Positions 36,777 to 45,492 of a stretch of DNA of 64,000 nucleotides are shown one piece after another. The notes under the pieces were generated by a model that saw nothing but the letters and a program-made list of their open reading frames with translations, was not told the origin of the DNA and ran no database searches. The translations under genes and the position numbers were made by a program. Origin of the DNA: Elusimicrobiota bacterium (GTDB lineage: Bacteria > Elusimicrobiota > Elusimicrobia > UBA1565); NCBI GenBank assembly GCA_016212885.1, contig JACRDO010000118.1, positions 6,296 to 70,295 on the forward strand, given 5' to 3'. The first letter of the stretch is position 1. Each line of letters starts with the position of its first letter.

Positions 36777-36953
36777 TTTCCCTCCGGGCACAAAGCCATG
36801 TTTCCAGGGATTATAGACCCTCATGCCCATGCGGCGGAATGGCCCATGGGCCCGGCAGGGGGCTGATTTTTGGCCCAGCTTCGGCCTGGGCAGGAGGGTT
36901 CACTCCTGGGGGGCAAAAAGGACTAGATGGCGGAAATCGTGTAGAATTGAGCT

Positions 36954-37739
36954 ATGCGGATGCGCTATGGCTGGACAGCCGTTCTGCTTTTCACGCTCTG
37001 CGGCGGAGCCTTCGCGGCCTCGCGCACCGAGGACCTGCGGGCCAAGCCGCCGGAGCGGTGGGCCCCGGTGAAGAATTACGGCTTGGACCTGGAGCTCGGA
37101 GGCCTGCGCCAGCAGGGGAACGTGGACCAGACCAACGTCCATTCCGGCCTGAAATTCAGGACAGTATTCCAGGAGCGGCATCAGTTCTTCGTGGAGTGGA
37201 ACTCGGACTATACGTCTTTCGGCGGGGCCCGGAAGGTGGACAAGATGCTGGGCTCCTTCCTTTATGCCTATTCCGCGGCGCCGCACGTGAATCTCTTCTT
37301 CCATACCACGCACGGCCATAACGACGCGATCAAGCTGGACTACAGGACCAAGAACGGACTGCCGGGAGTGTGCCTCCACGGCTTCTTCAAGCCGTACCTG
37401 GACACGTTCATGGCGAGCACGTCCTTGGTGACGGAGCACGAGTCCTACCAGAACGGGGAGAATCGCACGAACACGCGCGCGGGAAACCGCCTGAACTTCT
37501 CAGGGCCGATCTCGCAGTACGCCTCGTTCAGCGGGGATTTCTACTACGTGCCCAAGCTCAACCGCATCGGGGATTACTGGCTCTCCTGGGAAGGCTGGGT
37601 CCAGTTCAAGCTCACGCCGGAGAGGGTCTCATTCCGGGTGACGGTCACCGACGAGTACGAGTCCCGGCCCGTGGTCACTGGAGTGCGGCGCAACGACTTC
37701 GGGATGATGTACTCGGTCGTCGTGCACCTGTGGAAGTGA
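36954..37739 (+). CDS. DUF481-family outer-membrane beta-barrel protein
   Basis: Signal peptide 'MRYGWTAVLLFTLCGGAFAA'. 'GLDLELGGLRQQGNVDQTNVHSGLKF…' beta-strand periodicity resembles DUF481 (YdiY-like). Confidence 0.55.
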   Translation: MRMRYGWTAVLLFTLCGGAFAASRTEDLRAKPPERWAPVKNYGLDLELGGLRQQGNVDQTNVHSGLKFRTVFQERHQFFVEWNSDYTSFGGARKVDKMLGSFLYAYSAAPHVNLFFHTTHGHNDAIKLDYRTKNGLPGVCLHGFFKPYLDTFMASTSLVTEHESYQNGENRTNTRAGNRLNFSGPISQYASFSGDFYYVPKLNRIGDYWLSWEGWVQFKLTPERVSFRVTVTDEYESRPVVTGVRRNDFGMMYSVVVHLWK

Positions 37740-37754
37740 AGCCGGGTCAGGCGT

Positions 37755-40700
37755 TCACGGCGAAGCAGGCAGCTGGTTGATATCCGCTTTCCAAGGCTCC
37801 AACTTCCTTTTGAGCTTGTACCACTCCTTGGCGGGGATCGCCTCACGCTCGCCCCGGTCGTTGATCCTGGAGAGGCTGGCCAGTTGGGCCATCATCAGCA
37901 GCTTTTGAGGCGACACATCCTGATTAAGCCAAGAGACATCCCAAAGCCGGGCGGTTGCGTCCGGGCTTCCGGTTACGATCTCTCTTCCATCCGGACTGAA
38001 GGCGCCGGTGCATACCATGTTATCATGCCGCATGACCTTGCCTATAGGTTCGCCGGAAAAGGCATCCCAGAGCCGAGCGGTCTTGTCATCGCTTCCTGTA
38101 AGCACGCTTCTGCCATCCGGGCTGAAATCCACCGCTTTAACTGAGTCATCATGGCGCATGACCCTGCCAATCGGCTCGCCGGTCTTGGCATCCCAAAGCT
38201 GTGCGGTCTTATCCATGTTGCCCGTAAGCACATGCTTCCCGTTTGAACTGAAAGCTACCCCCATTACGGGCTTGACACGATGCATGGCCTTGCCTATCGG
38301 CTTATCCATGCGGATATCCCAGAGCTGCTCGGTCCTATCCGTAGTTTTCACAAGCGCAGTTCTTCCGTCCCGGCTGAAGGCCTCAAGCTGAGCCCAACTT
38401 TCATGCTTTATGACCTTGCCGATGGGCTCGCCGGTCTTGGCATCCCAAAGTCGAATAGCACCATAGGCGCTTCCCGTCAGCAAGCAGCTGACGTCAGGGC
38501 TGAAGGCAACCAGGGAAACGGCGTCCCCATGCGGCATGATTTTTCCTACCGGCTCCCCAGTCTTGGCATCCCAGAGCCTGGCGGTATTGTCCCGGCTTCC
38601 TGTAAGCACCGATTTCCCGTCTGGACTGAAGGCAACCGCGGAAACTCCGCCCCCATGCGGCATGATTTTGCCTGCCGGCTCCCCAGTCTTGGCATCCCAG
38701 AGCCTGGCGGTATTGTCCCGGCTTCCTGTAAGCACCGATTTCCCGTCCGGGCTGAAGACGGCGCACATCACCCGATCTTCATGCCGCATGACCTTTCCCA
38801 CCGGCTGACCCATATCGGCATCCCAAAGCCGGGCGGTGTTGCTCCAACTTCTCGAGAGCACGCGCTTCCCATCCGGGCTGAAAGCGACTGCCGCAACTGC
38901 GTCGCCATGCTTCAGAATCTTGTATGCGGGTCCCGCAGGATTCACATCCCAGAGGCGAGCGATTCCATCTTGATCGCCAGAGAGCACGCTTCTCCCATCG
39001 GGACTGAAGGCGAGTGCCGCAACTGCGTCATCATGCCGCATGACCTTGCCTGTCGGCTCGCCGGTTGTGGCATCCCAAAGTCGAGCGGCTTTGTCCCGAC
39101 TTCCTGTAAGCACGTGCTTCCCATCCGGACTGAAAGCGACCGCCACGACTACGTCATCATGCCGCATGGCTTTGCCTATCGTCTCGCCGGTTTTGGCATC
39201 CCAAAGCCGGGCGGTGTTGTCCCAACTTCCCGTCAGCACGCTCTTCCCATCCGGGCTGAAGGCGACCGCCGTAACTGCGCCATCATGCCGCAGAGCCTTG
39301 CCCATCAACTTGCCGGTCTTGGCATCCCAGAATCGGGCGGTCCTGTCCCAGTTTCCCGTCAGCACGACCTTCCCATCCGGACTGAAGGCGACTGCCGCAA
39401 CCGCGTCCGTATGCGGCAAAACCTTGCCTATCGGCTCGCCGGTTTCGGCATTCCAGAACCAGACGGTGCCGCTGCTTACCGTAAATATGCGCTTCCCGTC
39501 CGAACTGAAGGCAACTCCCCTAACGCTGTCATCATGTTGCATGACCTTGCCTATCGGCTCGCCTGTATTGGCGTCCCAAAGTCGGGCGATTTTGTCCCAA
39601 CTCCCCATAAGCATACGCTTCCCATCCGGACTGAAAACAGCCGCCTCAACTCCTGCATCAGCATGCATGATCTGGCCTGCCGGCTCGCCTGTACTCGCAT
39701 CCCAGAGCTGGGCGAGCGAAATGGTGTCTGCCGTCAATGCGCGCTTGCCGTCCGGACTGAAGGCAACGGCGGAAATTCCGAAGGGATGTTGAAATACGAG
39801 CCTCGGAATCCCCGCCGCCTCCACATGCGCCAGCGCGTTCGCTCGCGCCATATAAGAAGGAGATAGCCTGTTGGACTCCGCGTAATAGAGCGCGGCGAGG
39901 GCATCTTCGCCTTTCTCCGAGTACTGCCTCCCCTGCATCGCGTACGACATCGCAAGCTGCTGTTTTAGGGCCTGCTGCTGGCGATAGACTTTGATCCCTG
40001 TCAGAAGAAGGCCGGCGAATGCGACGCCGCACAGCACAGCCAGCGCGGCCCTGCGCCGCGCGAACTTCTTGAACCTGTAGAACGGCCGGTAGGCAAGCGG
40101 GCTCACCGGCCTGTGCTCGCGCCTCGCCGTCAGATCTTCCAGAATCTCGGCCGCGGTCGCATAGCGCTTGCCCGCATCGGCCTGCGCGCACTTGTCGATG
40201 ATCGCCCCGATGTCCTCGTCCACCCTGCCATGCGTGACTTCGCGGCAGCCTTTGAGCGGCTGCTTATCAGGTATTTCTCCGGCCAACGCCGCGTACATCG
40301 TGCGGCCCAGCCCGTAGATGTCCCCCCTCACATCCGGCTTAAGAGGCCGGCCGAAATCCGCCACGCGCGCATGCTCCTCTTCATCCAAGAGCACGTTGGC
40401 CGGCTTCAGGTTGCAGTGGAGGATGCCCTTCGAGTGGACGTAGGCGAGCGCCTGCGCGATCTCCTCCAGCCACTGGGCGGCCTTCTCGGCCGGCGCGGGC
40501 TTCTTCATGCAGACGAACAGCTCAAGAGACCCGCGCTTCAAGTAATCCATGACGTAGTAGGGCGGATCGCCGGTCAAGTCCACGTCCAAGATGGAAACGA
40601 TGTTCGGGTGCTTGTCCAGGCGGACGAGCTGCTCGATCTGGCGCTGGAGAGAAGGCCAGTCCACGCCGCCCTTCTGCAAAAACACCTTCAACGCCACCCA

Positions 40701-40832
40701 TCTCCGGGCGCGGACCTGCCAGGCCTTCCAGACCTGCGAAAACGCGCCGCGGCCCAAGGGCCAGGTCAGGATGTAGCCGGGGATCTTCGGGGCTTGCGGG
40801 TCCTGCTCTGGAAGCTGAGCCTCTCCTTCCAT
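37755..40832 (-). CDS. Ser/Thr protein kinase with TM segment and ~16 WD40 repeats (paralog of 6429-10193)
   Basis: Kinase subdomains ('LGRGAFSQVWKA', 'LHCNLKPANVLL', 'ADFGRP'). TM 'ALAVLCGVAFAGLLLTGI'. Repeated 'FSPDGK.VLTGS.D.TARLWDA.TGEP.GK' blades. Confidence 0.8.
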   Translation of the reverse strand: MEGEAQLPEQDPQAPKIPGYILTWPLGRGAFSQVWKAWQVRARRWVALKVFLQKGGVDWPSLQRQIEQLVRLDKHPNIVSILDVDLTGDPPYYVMDYLKRGSLELFVCMKKPAPAEKAAQWLEEIAQALAYVHSKGILHCNLKPANVLLDEEEHARVADFGRPLKPDVRGDIYGLGRTMYAALAGEIPDKQPLKGCREVTHGRVDEDIGAIIDKCAQADAGKRYATAAEILEDLTARREHRPVSPLAYRPFYRFKKFARRRAALAVLCGVAFAGLLLTGIKVYRQQQALKQQLAMSYAMQGRQYSEKGEDALAALYYAESNRLSPSYMARANALAHVEAAGIPRLVFQHPFGISAVAFSPDGKRALTADTISLAQLWDASTGEPAGQIMHADAGVEAAVFSPDGKRMLMGSWDKIARLWDANTGEPIGKVMQHDDSVRGVAFSSDGKRIFTVSSGTVWFWNAETGEPIGKVLPHTDAVAAVAFSPDGKVVLTGNWDRTARFWDAKTGKLMGKALRHDGAVTAVAFSPDGKSVLTGSWDNTARLWDAKTGETIGKAMRHDDVVVAVAFSPDGKHVLTGSRDKAARLWDATTGEPTGKVMRHDDAVAALAFSPDGRSVLSGDQDGIARLWDVNPAGPAYKILKHGDAVAAVAFSPDGKRVLSRSWSNTARLWDADMGQPVGKVMRHEDRVMCAVFSPDGKSVLTGSRDNTARLWDAKTGEPAGKIMPHGGGVSAVAFSPDGKSVLTGSRDNTARLWDAKTGEPVGKIMPHGDAVSLVAFSPDVSCLLTGSAYGAIRLWDAKTGEPIGKVIKHESWAQLEAFSRDGRTALVKTTDRTEQLWDIRMDKPIGKAMHRVKPVMGVAFSSNGKHVLTGNMDKTAQLWDAKTGEPIGRVMRHDDSVKAVDFSPDGRSVLTGSDDKTARLWDAFSGEPIGKVMRHDNMVCTGAFSPDGREIVTGSPDATARLWDVSWLNQDVSPQKLLMMAQLASLSRINDRGEREAIPAKEWYKLKRKLEPWKADINQLPASP
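38527..38778 (+). repeat. near-identical 126-bp tandem duplication (two WD40 blades) inside the kinase-WD40 gene
   Basis: Two consecutive 126-nt units differing at only a few positions. Encoded blades 'DNTARLWDAKTGEPAGKIMPHGGGVSAVAFSPDGKSVLTGSR' and 'DNTARLWDAKTGEPVGKIMPHGDAVSLVAFSPD…'. Confidence 0.7.
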
Positions 40833-40836
40833 CCGC

Positions 40837-42666
40837 CTACTCCCTCCTCGCCGCTCTTCTCTCGTCCTCGCTCTCGAGCTGCAGGTTTCTCACCGCCTCG
40901 AAATAGCCCCTCGCCCCTTCCAGCATAATCCTGGCGAAGAGGTCTTTGCCGCTTTCGCTCAGCAGCATCTCCTCCTGCGCGGGGAGCATCACGTAGGCCG
41001 ACTCGGTGAGGACCGCGGGCATCTGCAAGGTCCGGCAGACGTGGAGGTCGCCCCAATGGATGGCCTCATCGGGCAGCGGGGAGTTCCGGCCGTAGGCCGC
41101 GTGCATGGCGTCGGCGAGGGGCCGGCTGTGCGGCTGGTAGTAGAGGTTCATGAAGCCGCGCGGGGACTCGAAGGGGTCGTCTGTGACCGCAAGGGCGTTG
41201 TTGTGGATGCTGATGAGCATGTCCCCCTTCAGGGACCAGGCTATGCCCGGGCGTTCGTAGAGAGGAGGCCCAGCTGAGCTTGCGCGCGTGAGGAACACCT
41301 CGGCCCCTTCTTTCTCAAGAAGCTTCTTCAGAGAAAACGCCAGCGCGAGGTTGATGTCCTGCTCCTGCGAGCCCATGGGGCCGAGCGCGCCGCGGTCCGG
41401 GCCGTGGCCGGGGTCGAGCACGATGCGGCGCCCGGCGAGCACGTTCAAATCACCTGAGAGCGCCGGAGGCCGCCGGATCTCCAGCACGAAGCGGCCTTTT
41501 TCATAGTAAGCGTCGTATCCGCAGCCCCACTTAAGGCGCGTCTGGATTGTAAGCTTGACGACCTGAGAGGTTTCCTGCTTCCAGCGCACCTCGCGCAGGA
41601 TTGAATCGCCCGGAGCGTAGCGGATGCGGTCGATGCGCTGCTGGGCCCCGTAGAAGCGCACCTCGAAAGCCAGCGGCTCGATGGTCTCATACACCTCGAA
41701 CGGGAGATTCTTGTCCACCTGCACGCTGAGCCGGACCGAGCCTGAAGAGACCGCCGTGCTCAGGTATTTCCCGACCGTGCCGGAGGGCGGCGGAGTCCCC
41801 TTCGGCAGGATCCGCACCTGCGCGGAGTCCACCCAAGCCTCGTCCTCGGGCGAGAGGGCGATGCGCAGGCTCGACCCGGCGCTGCCGCTGACCGCGAGCT
41901 GTATCCCCGGGGGCATGAACAGGTCGTAGCCGCCGGCCGCGGACTTGAGGATCGTGGTCTTGGCCGTGCTGAGGGCCACTTGATAGCGCCCGCCCTCAAG
42001 GAGAGAGAGCTTGCCCGGAGCTTCGGCCTTGAGCTTCCCATCCTTGCTCTTGAACTGGATGAGGATCTTGCGGTTCTTCCCCTCCTTCCCTCCCGGGATG
42101 CGCCAGCGGCCCTCGTAGAGTCCGTTCTCCAGCTCTTCCATGGACTGGTCCTTGGATAGGTCATGGACCCGGAAATGGGCCTCCGCGCCGGCCGGCCCGC
42201 GGCAGCGGACCGTCAGCCAATCGCCGGAATGAAGCGTCAGATCCTCCTTGGGCTCGAGGACCAGGATGCGCTTCTCCGCAAGCGCCTCGAATACGTCCGA
42301 GACGCTGACCGCTCTGACCGCCTCGGTGGAGACGCCGTTGAGCTGGGCCGAGAATCGCAGCTCGAAGGGCCCGGTCGAGAAATCGACCATGGCAAGGAAG
42401 GCGCCGCTGGCGCGCGGCTGGATGGGCTGGCCGTTGACCGTGAGGGTCGAGCCCGGGGTCACATTGCCGAAGGTGTAGGAGCGCTTCAAATACGGGTATT
42501 TTGCGCCTTCGGCGGGCCAGATGACGCGGATCTCGGGGATTACGGCGGCCGCCTGGGTGGAGAGCGACACAGGAGCCGTTGAAACGCTCGTGACCGCTGC
42601 CGTCGAAGCGTCTTGGGCGTAGGCCGCGGCGGGAAGCGCCGCCAGGAGGATCGCCAAGAGAATCAT
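40837..42666 (-). CDS. N-acetylmuramoyl-L-alanine amidase (Amidase_3, AmiC-like) with long N-terminal domains
   Basis: C-terminal 'RIVLDPGHGPDRGALGP…DINLALAF…LISIHNNA' is the Amidase_3 zinc site. Signal peptide start chosen at MILLAILLAALPAAAYA. Confidence 0.75.
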   Translation of the reverse strand: MILLAILLAALPAAAYAQDASTAAVTSVSTAPVSLSTQAAAVIPEIRVIWPAEGAKYPYLKRSYTFGNVTPGSTLTVNGQPIQPRASGAFLAMVDFSTGPFELRFSAQLNGVSTEAVRAVSVSDVFEALAEKRILVLEPKEDLTLHSGDWLTVRCRGPAGAEAHFRVHDLSKDQSMEELENGLYEGRWRIPGGKEGKNRKILIQFKSKDGKLKAEAPGKLSLLEGGRYQVALSTAKTTILKSAAGGYDLFMPPGIQLAVSGSAGSSLRIALSPEDEAWVDSAQVRILPKGTPPPSGTVGKYLSTAVSSGSVRLSVQVDKNLPFEVYETIEPLAFEVRFYGAQQRIDRIRYAPGDSILREVRWKQETSQVVKLTIQTRLKWGCGYDAYYEKGRFVLEIRRPPALSGDLNVLAGRRIVLDPGHGPDRGALGPMGSQEQDINLALAFSLKKLLEKEGAEVFLTRASSAGPPLYERPGIAWSLKGDMLISIHNNALAVTDDPFESPRGFMNLYYQPHSRPLADAMHAAYGRNSPLPDEAIHWGDLHVCRTLQMPAVLTESAYVMLPAQEEMLLSESGKDLFARIMLEGARGYFEAVRNLQLESEDERRAARRE

Positions 42667-42844
42667 GATGGAAATAGTATCTTGAGCGGAGCGCACGCGC
42701 AAGGCAGGCAGAGACGACGGCAGCGTCTCAGGCCGCATGCAGGCGGAGCTTTTCGAGGATTGTCACCTTTTCCTGACAAAATAGAAAATTCCATACCTGC
42801 CCAGACGGCAACTGGACCGGATTGGCCATTTATAAAATTGGCCA

Positions 42845-44590
42845 GTGCATTGGCCAATTGACGGGCGTTCCCTGCAAGCATATTATCTCCCTGTGGCCGC
42901 CTTTTTCCACACCGCCATCCTGAGCCTCATCGCCGGGGCCGCCCAATTTTTGCCGGTCTCCGGCTCGGCCCACCGGATCCTCTATCCTTGGATGCTGCAG
43001 TGGGGCGGCCTGGGCCCCGGCTTCGAGGCCGCGGCGCTCTGGGGCTCCCTGCTCGCCCTGCTCGCCTATTTGGGGCCTCAGCGTCAGCGGCTTCTTGCCG
43101 ACAAGACCCTGCTCCGCGGCCTCGCCCTGGCGTCGCTCCCCGCAGCCTTGTCCGCGTGGCTGACATACGGCCGGCTGGACGGCTTTCAAAAGAGCGAGCC
43201 CATCGCTTTTGCCCTGATCTTCTTCGCGATCCTGCTCTTCATCGCGGATCGCAGGGGGCGTAAAGCCCGGGACGCTTCGCAATTGTCCCCCGCCGAGTTC
43301 CTGGTGATCGGCTGCGCGCAGGCGATGGCCCTCATCCCCGGCGCATCGCTCATCGGGCTCTCCATGACCGCGACCCTGGTGCTGGGCCTGCGCCGAGCCG
43401 AGGCGGGCCGCCTCGCCTTCCTGCTCTCAACACCGCTCCTAATGGGCCTGACCCTGCTCAAGCTCAAGGGAGTTCCCGCAGGCAGCCTCGGCCTGCAGTT
43501 CTGGGCCGCCCTTGCGCTCTCAGCCTGCGCCGGAACCGCCGCCATCCGCTTCCTTCTCCGCTATCTCGAGACCAAGGACATCGGGATCTTCTGCCTCTAC
43601 CGGGTGGGGCTCGGCCTGCTGGCCTTGCTGCTCGCCGCGGCCCAGCCTCCGGTCCATTCGGCGAGAGAGCTGAAGCTCCCTCCCCCCCAGCGCGCGGACC
43701 CGGCAACGCTCTCCCCGGATGCCGCAAAACTCAGGACGCACGTCCTGGCCCTGGCGCGGGACCTCGGCAAGCGGAGCGCCGTGCGCCCCGGCCAGCTGGA
43801 GCTGAACCGCGCCCGCGATTACGTCATGGCGGAATTCAAGCGCTGCGGCTGCAAGCCTGAGATGGAAACCTACACCTCCCAATGGATGGGCGCGGTCAAG
43901 AACGGCACGACCTTCCACAACGTCGTCGCGGCGATCGGGGACACGTCGGCTGGCGGCGTATGGGTCTTGGGGGCCCACTACGACAGCGCCGAGGGCACCC
44001 CCGGCGCGGACGACAACGCGAGCGGAGTCGCGGTCATTCTGGAGCTGGCCTGCGCCTTGAAGGAGCGGCCCCCCAAGATGCCCGTGCGCCTCGTGGCCTA
44101 CTCCACCGAGGAGCCGCCGGCCTACGGCACCGTCAACATGGGCAGCGCCCACGACGCGAAGAGGCTGAAGTCCGAGGGCGTGAAGGTGGCCGGCATGATC
44201 AGCCTGGAGATGCTCGGCTACTACGACTCAAGGCCCGGCTCCCAGATCTACTTCCCTTTCCTCAAATGGTTCATCCCGGATCGGGGCGATTTCCTGGCCC
44301 TGGTTTCGAACTTCAAGAGCCGGCCGTTCCTCAAGAGAGTCAGCCGCTCCTGGCGCAGGCATTCCGATTTCCCGCTCCTGCCGCTGGCGCTGCCTGAGTT
44401 CGAGGCGATCCGCCCATCGGACCACCAGGGCTACTGGGACCAAGGCTTCCGAGCCCTGATGCTGACGGACAGCGCCAGCTACCGCAACCCGCATTATCAT
44501 GAGCCGACGGACCTGCCCGACACCTTGGATTATGAGGCCATGGCCCGAGTCAAGCGGGCCCTCGCGAACGTGCTCAGCTCGGACGACTGA
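42845..44590 (+). CDS. uppP: fusion protein: undecaprenyl-diphosphatase (UppP/BacA) + M28 family peptidase
   Basis: N-terminal polytopic half with BacA motif 'AQFLPVSGSAHRIL'. C-terminal 'VWVLGAHYDSAEGTPGADDNASGVAVILELA' M28 zinc site. Exact start uncertain. Confidence 0.65.
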   Translation: MHWPIDGRSLQAYYLPVAAFFHTAILSLIAGAAQFLPVSGSAHRILYPWMLQWGGLGPGFEAAALWGSLLALLAYLGPQRQRLLADKTLLRGLALASLPAALSAWLTYGRLDGFQKSEPIAFALIFFAILLFIADRRGRKARDASQLSPAEFLVIGCAQAMALIPGASLIGLSMTATLVLGLRRAEAGRLAFLLSTPLLMGLTLLKLKGVPAGSLGLQFWAALALSACAGTAAIRFLLRYLETKDIGIFCLYRVGLGLLALLLAAAQPPVHSARELKLPPPQRADPATLSPDAAKLRTHVLALARDLGKRSAVRPGQLELNRARDYVMAEFKRCGCKPEMETYTSQWMGAVKNGTTFHNVVAAIGDTSAGGVWVLGAHYDSAEGTPGADDNASGVAVILELACALKERPPKMPVRLVAYSTEEPPAYGTVNMGSAHDAKRLKSEGVKVAGMISLEMLGYYDSRPGSQIYFPFLKWFIPDRGDFLALVSNFKSRPFLKRVSRSWRRHSDFPLLPLALPEFEAIRPSDHQGYWDQGFRALMLTDSASYRNPHYHEPTDLPDTLDYEAMARVKRALANVLSSDD

Positions 44591-44799
44591 TTCAGCTTTC
44601 GCAAGTCACTCCCCTAACCGCGTCCAACCTTTACTCCGCTTTGGAAAGCCGCCATTTCTCCCAGCCTTCGAGCCCGAACACGGTCGGCGTCTGTTTGTCT
44701 CCGAGATCGTCCAGCATGTGTTTCCTGCTGAATTCGAAAGCCTCGCCAGGGCTCCAGCAGCATCGCTTCTTCGACCTCTCGAAGTTGATCCCCGGGCTC

Positions 44800-45096
44800 T
44801 CACCGCCCTATTGTGTGCAAGGCGGAATATTCGGGCACGCCGATGTACCTGTCCGGACGATACCGATGATGCTCGGCCAAGAAGTGGTCAAGCCTCCCCG
44901 AAACTTTGGCGGAGATGTATGCCTCGTCGCACTGCCGGCATACGTCAGCCGGCACGTCTTTAATGACGAGCAACTCCCCGCCGATCCATAACTCCAGGGT
45001 GGTTTCGCCGCGCCTCAACTCCCCCCCACACAAGTCGCACCGGTCTACTATCTTCCTTGTCTTTTGACCTTTCGAGTTCTGTAGTCGCTTTCCCAT
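44800..45096 (-). CDS. YgiT-type zinc-finger protein (MqsA-like antitoxin N-domain)
   Basis: 'CDLCGGELRRGETTLELWIGGELLVIKDVPADVCRQCDEAY' is a CxxC…CxxC zinc ribbon. Overlaps the upstream DUF4258 gene. Confidence 0.6.
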   Translation of the reverse strand: MGKRLQNSKGQKTRKIVDRCDLCGGELRRGETTLELWIGGELLVIKDVPADVCRQCDEAYISAKVSGRLDHFLAEHHRYRPDRYIGVPEYSALHTIGR

Positions 45097-45389
45097 AGGG
45101 TATCCTCCGGCTCATATACCGTCACAATGCGCAGTGCTGGTTCCACGTCTCCCCTTGAACAAACGACGTGCAGCGGATCGCCCGAAGCCCCCCGCCCAAG
45201 CACCAAACAAGATGGATACGGCGTGTCATCCGGATATCGTTCGATGATCTCCCCTTTGAGCAGTGCTCGTTCCAATTCATTAACTCCGATACCTCGTTCC
45301 AGCCGGATGATGGTGGCATGCTTTGTCAGTCGATACCGTTTGGCCCGGACGTGGCTGTGGATGAAGTGTAGACTGGGCGCTTCGGGCAT
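45048..45389 (-). CDS. DUF4258-like putative toxin
   Basis: 113-aa ORF 'HFIHSHVRAKRYRLTKHATIIRLERGIGVNELERAL'. Typical partner of zf-YgiT genes. Confidence 0.45.
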   Translation of the reverse strand: MPEAPSLHFIHSHVRAKRYRLTKHATIIRLERGIGVNELERALLKGEIIERYPDDTPYPSCLVLGRGASGDPLHVVCSRGDVEPALRIVTVYEPEDTLWESDYRTRKVKRQGR

Positions 45390-45492
45390 AACCCACGTTC
45401 TCCTTGCTTACGCCAAATTCAAGTCATTTTGCCATTTTTTGGGAACTTCGCTGCTGGCGACGGACTTAGACGACTGAGAAGCCGCGGGCCCG

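Noticed and set aside
38008-39870. Highly periodic short ORFs on both strands (repeated 'TLPIGSPVLASQSCAVLS…' peptides) that superficially resemble a repeat-spacer array near a cas3-containing window
   Set aside because: The periodicity is 126 nt, and the units are diverged WD40 blades in the coding frame of the 37755-40832 kinase gene. There are no short conserved direct repeats separated by unique spacers, so this is not a CRISPR array.
44590-44800. Possible C-terminal HTH half of an MqsA-like antitoxin downstream of the zf-YgiT ORF
   Set aside because: The downstream frames (e.g. '…MLDDLGDKQTPTVFGLEGWEKWRLSKAE') show no helix-turn-helix signature. The zf-YgiT protein is treated as stand-alone.
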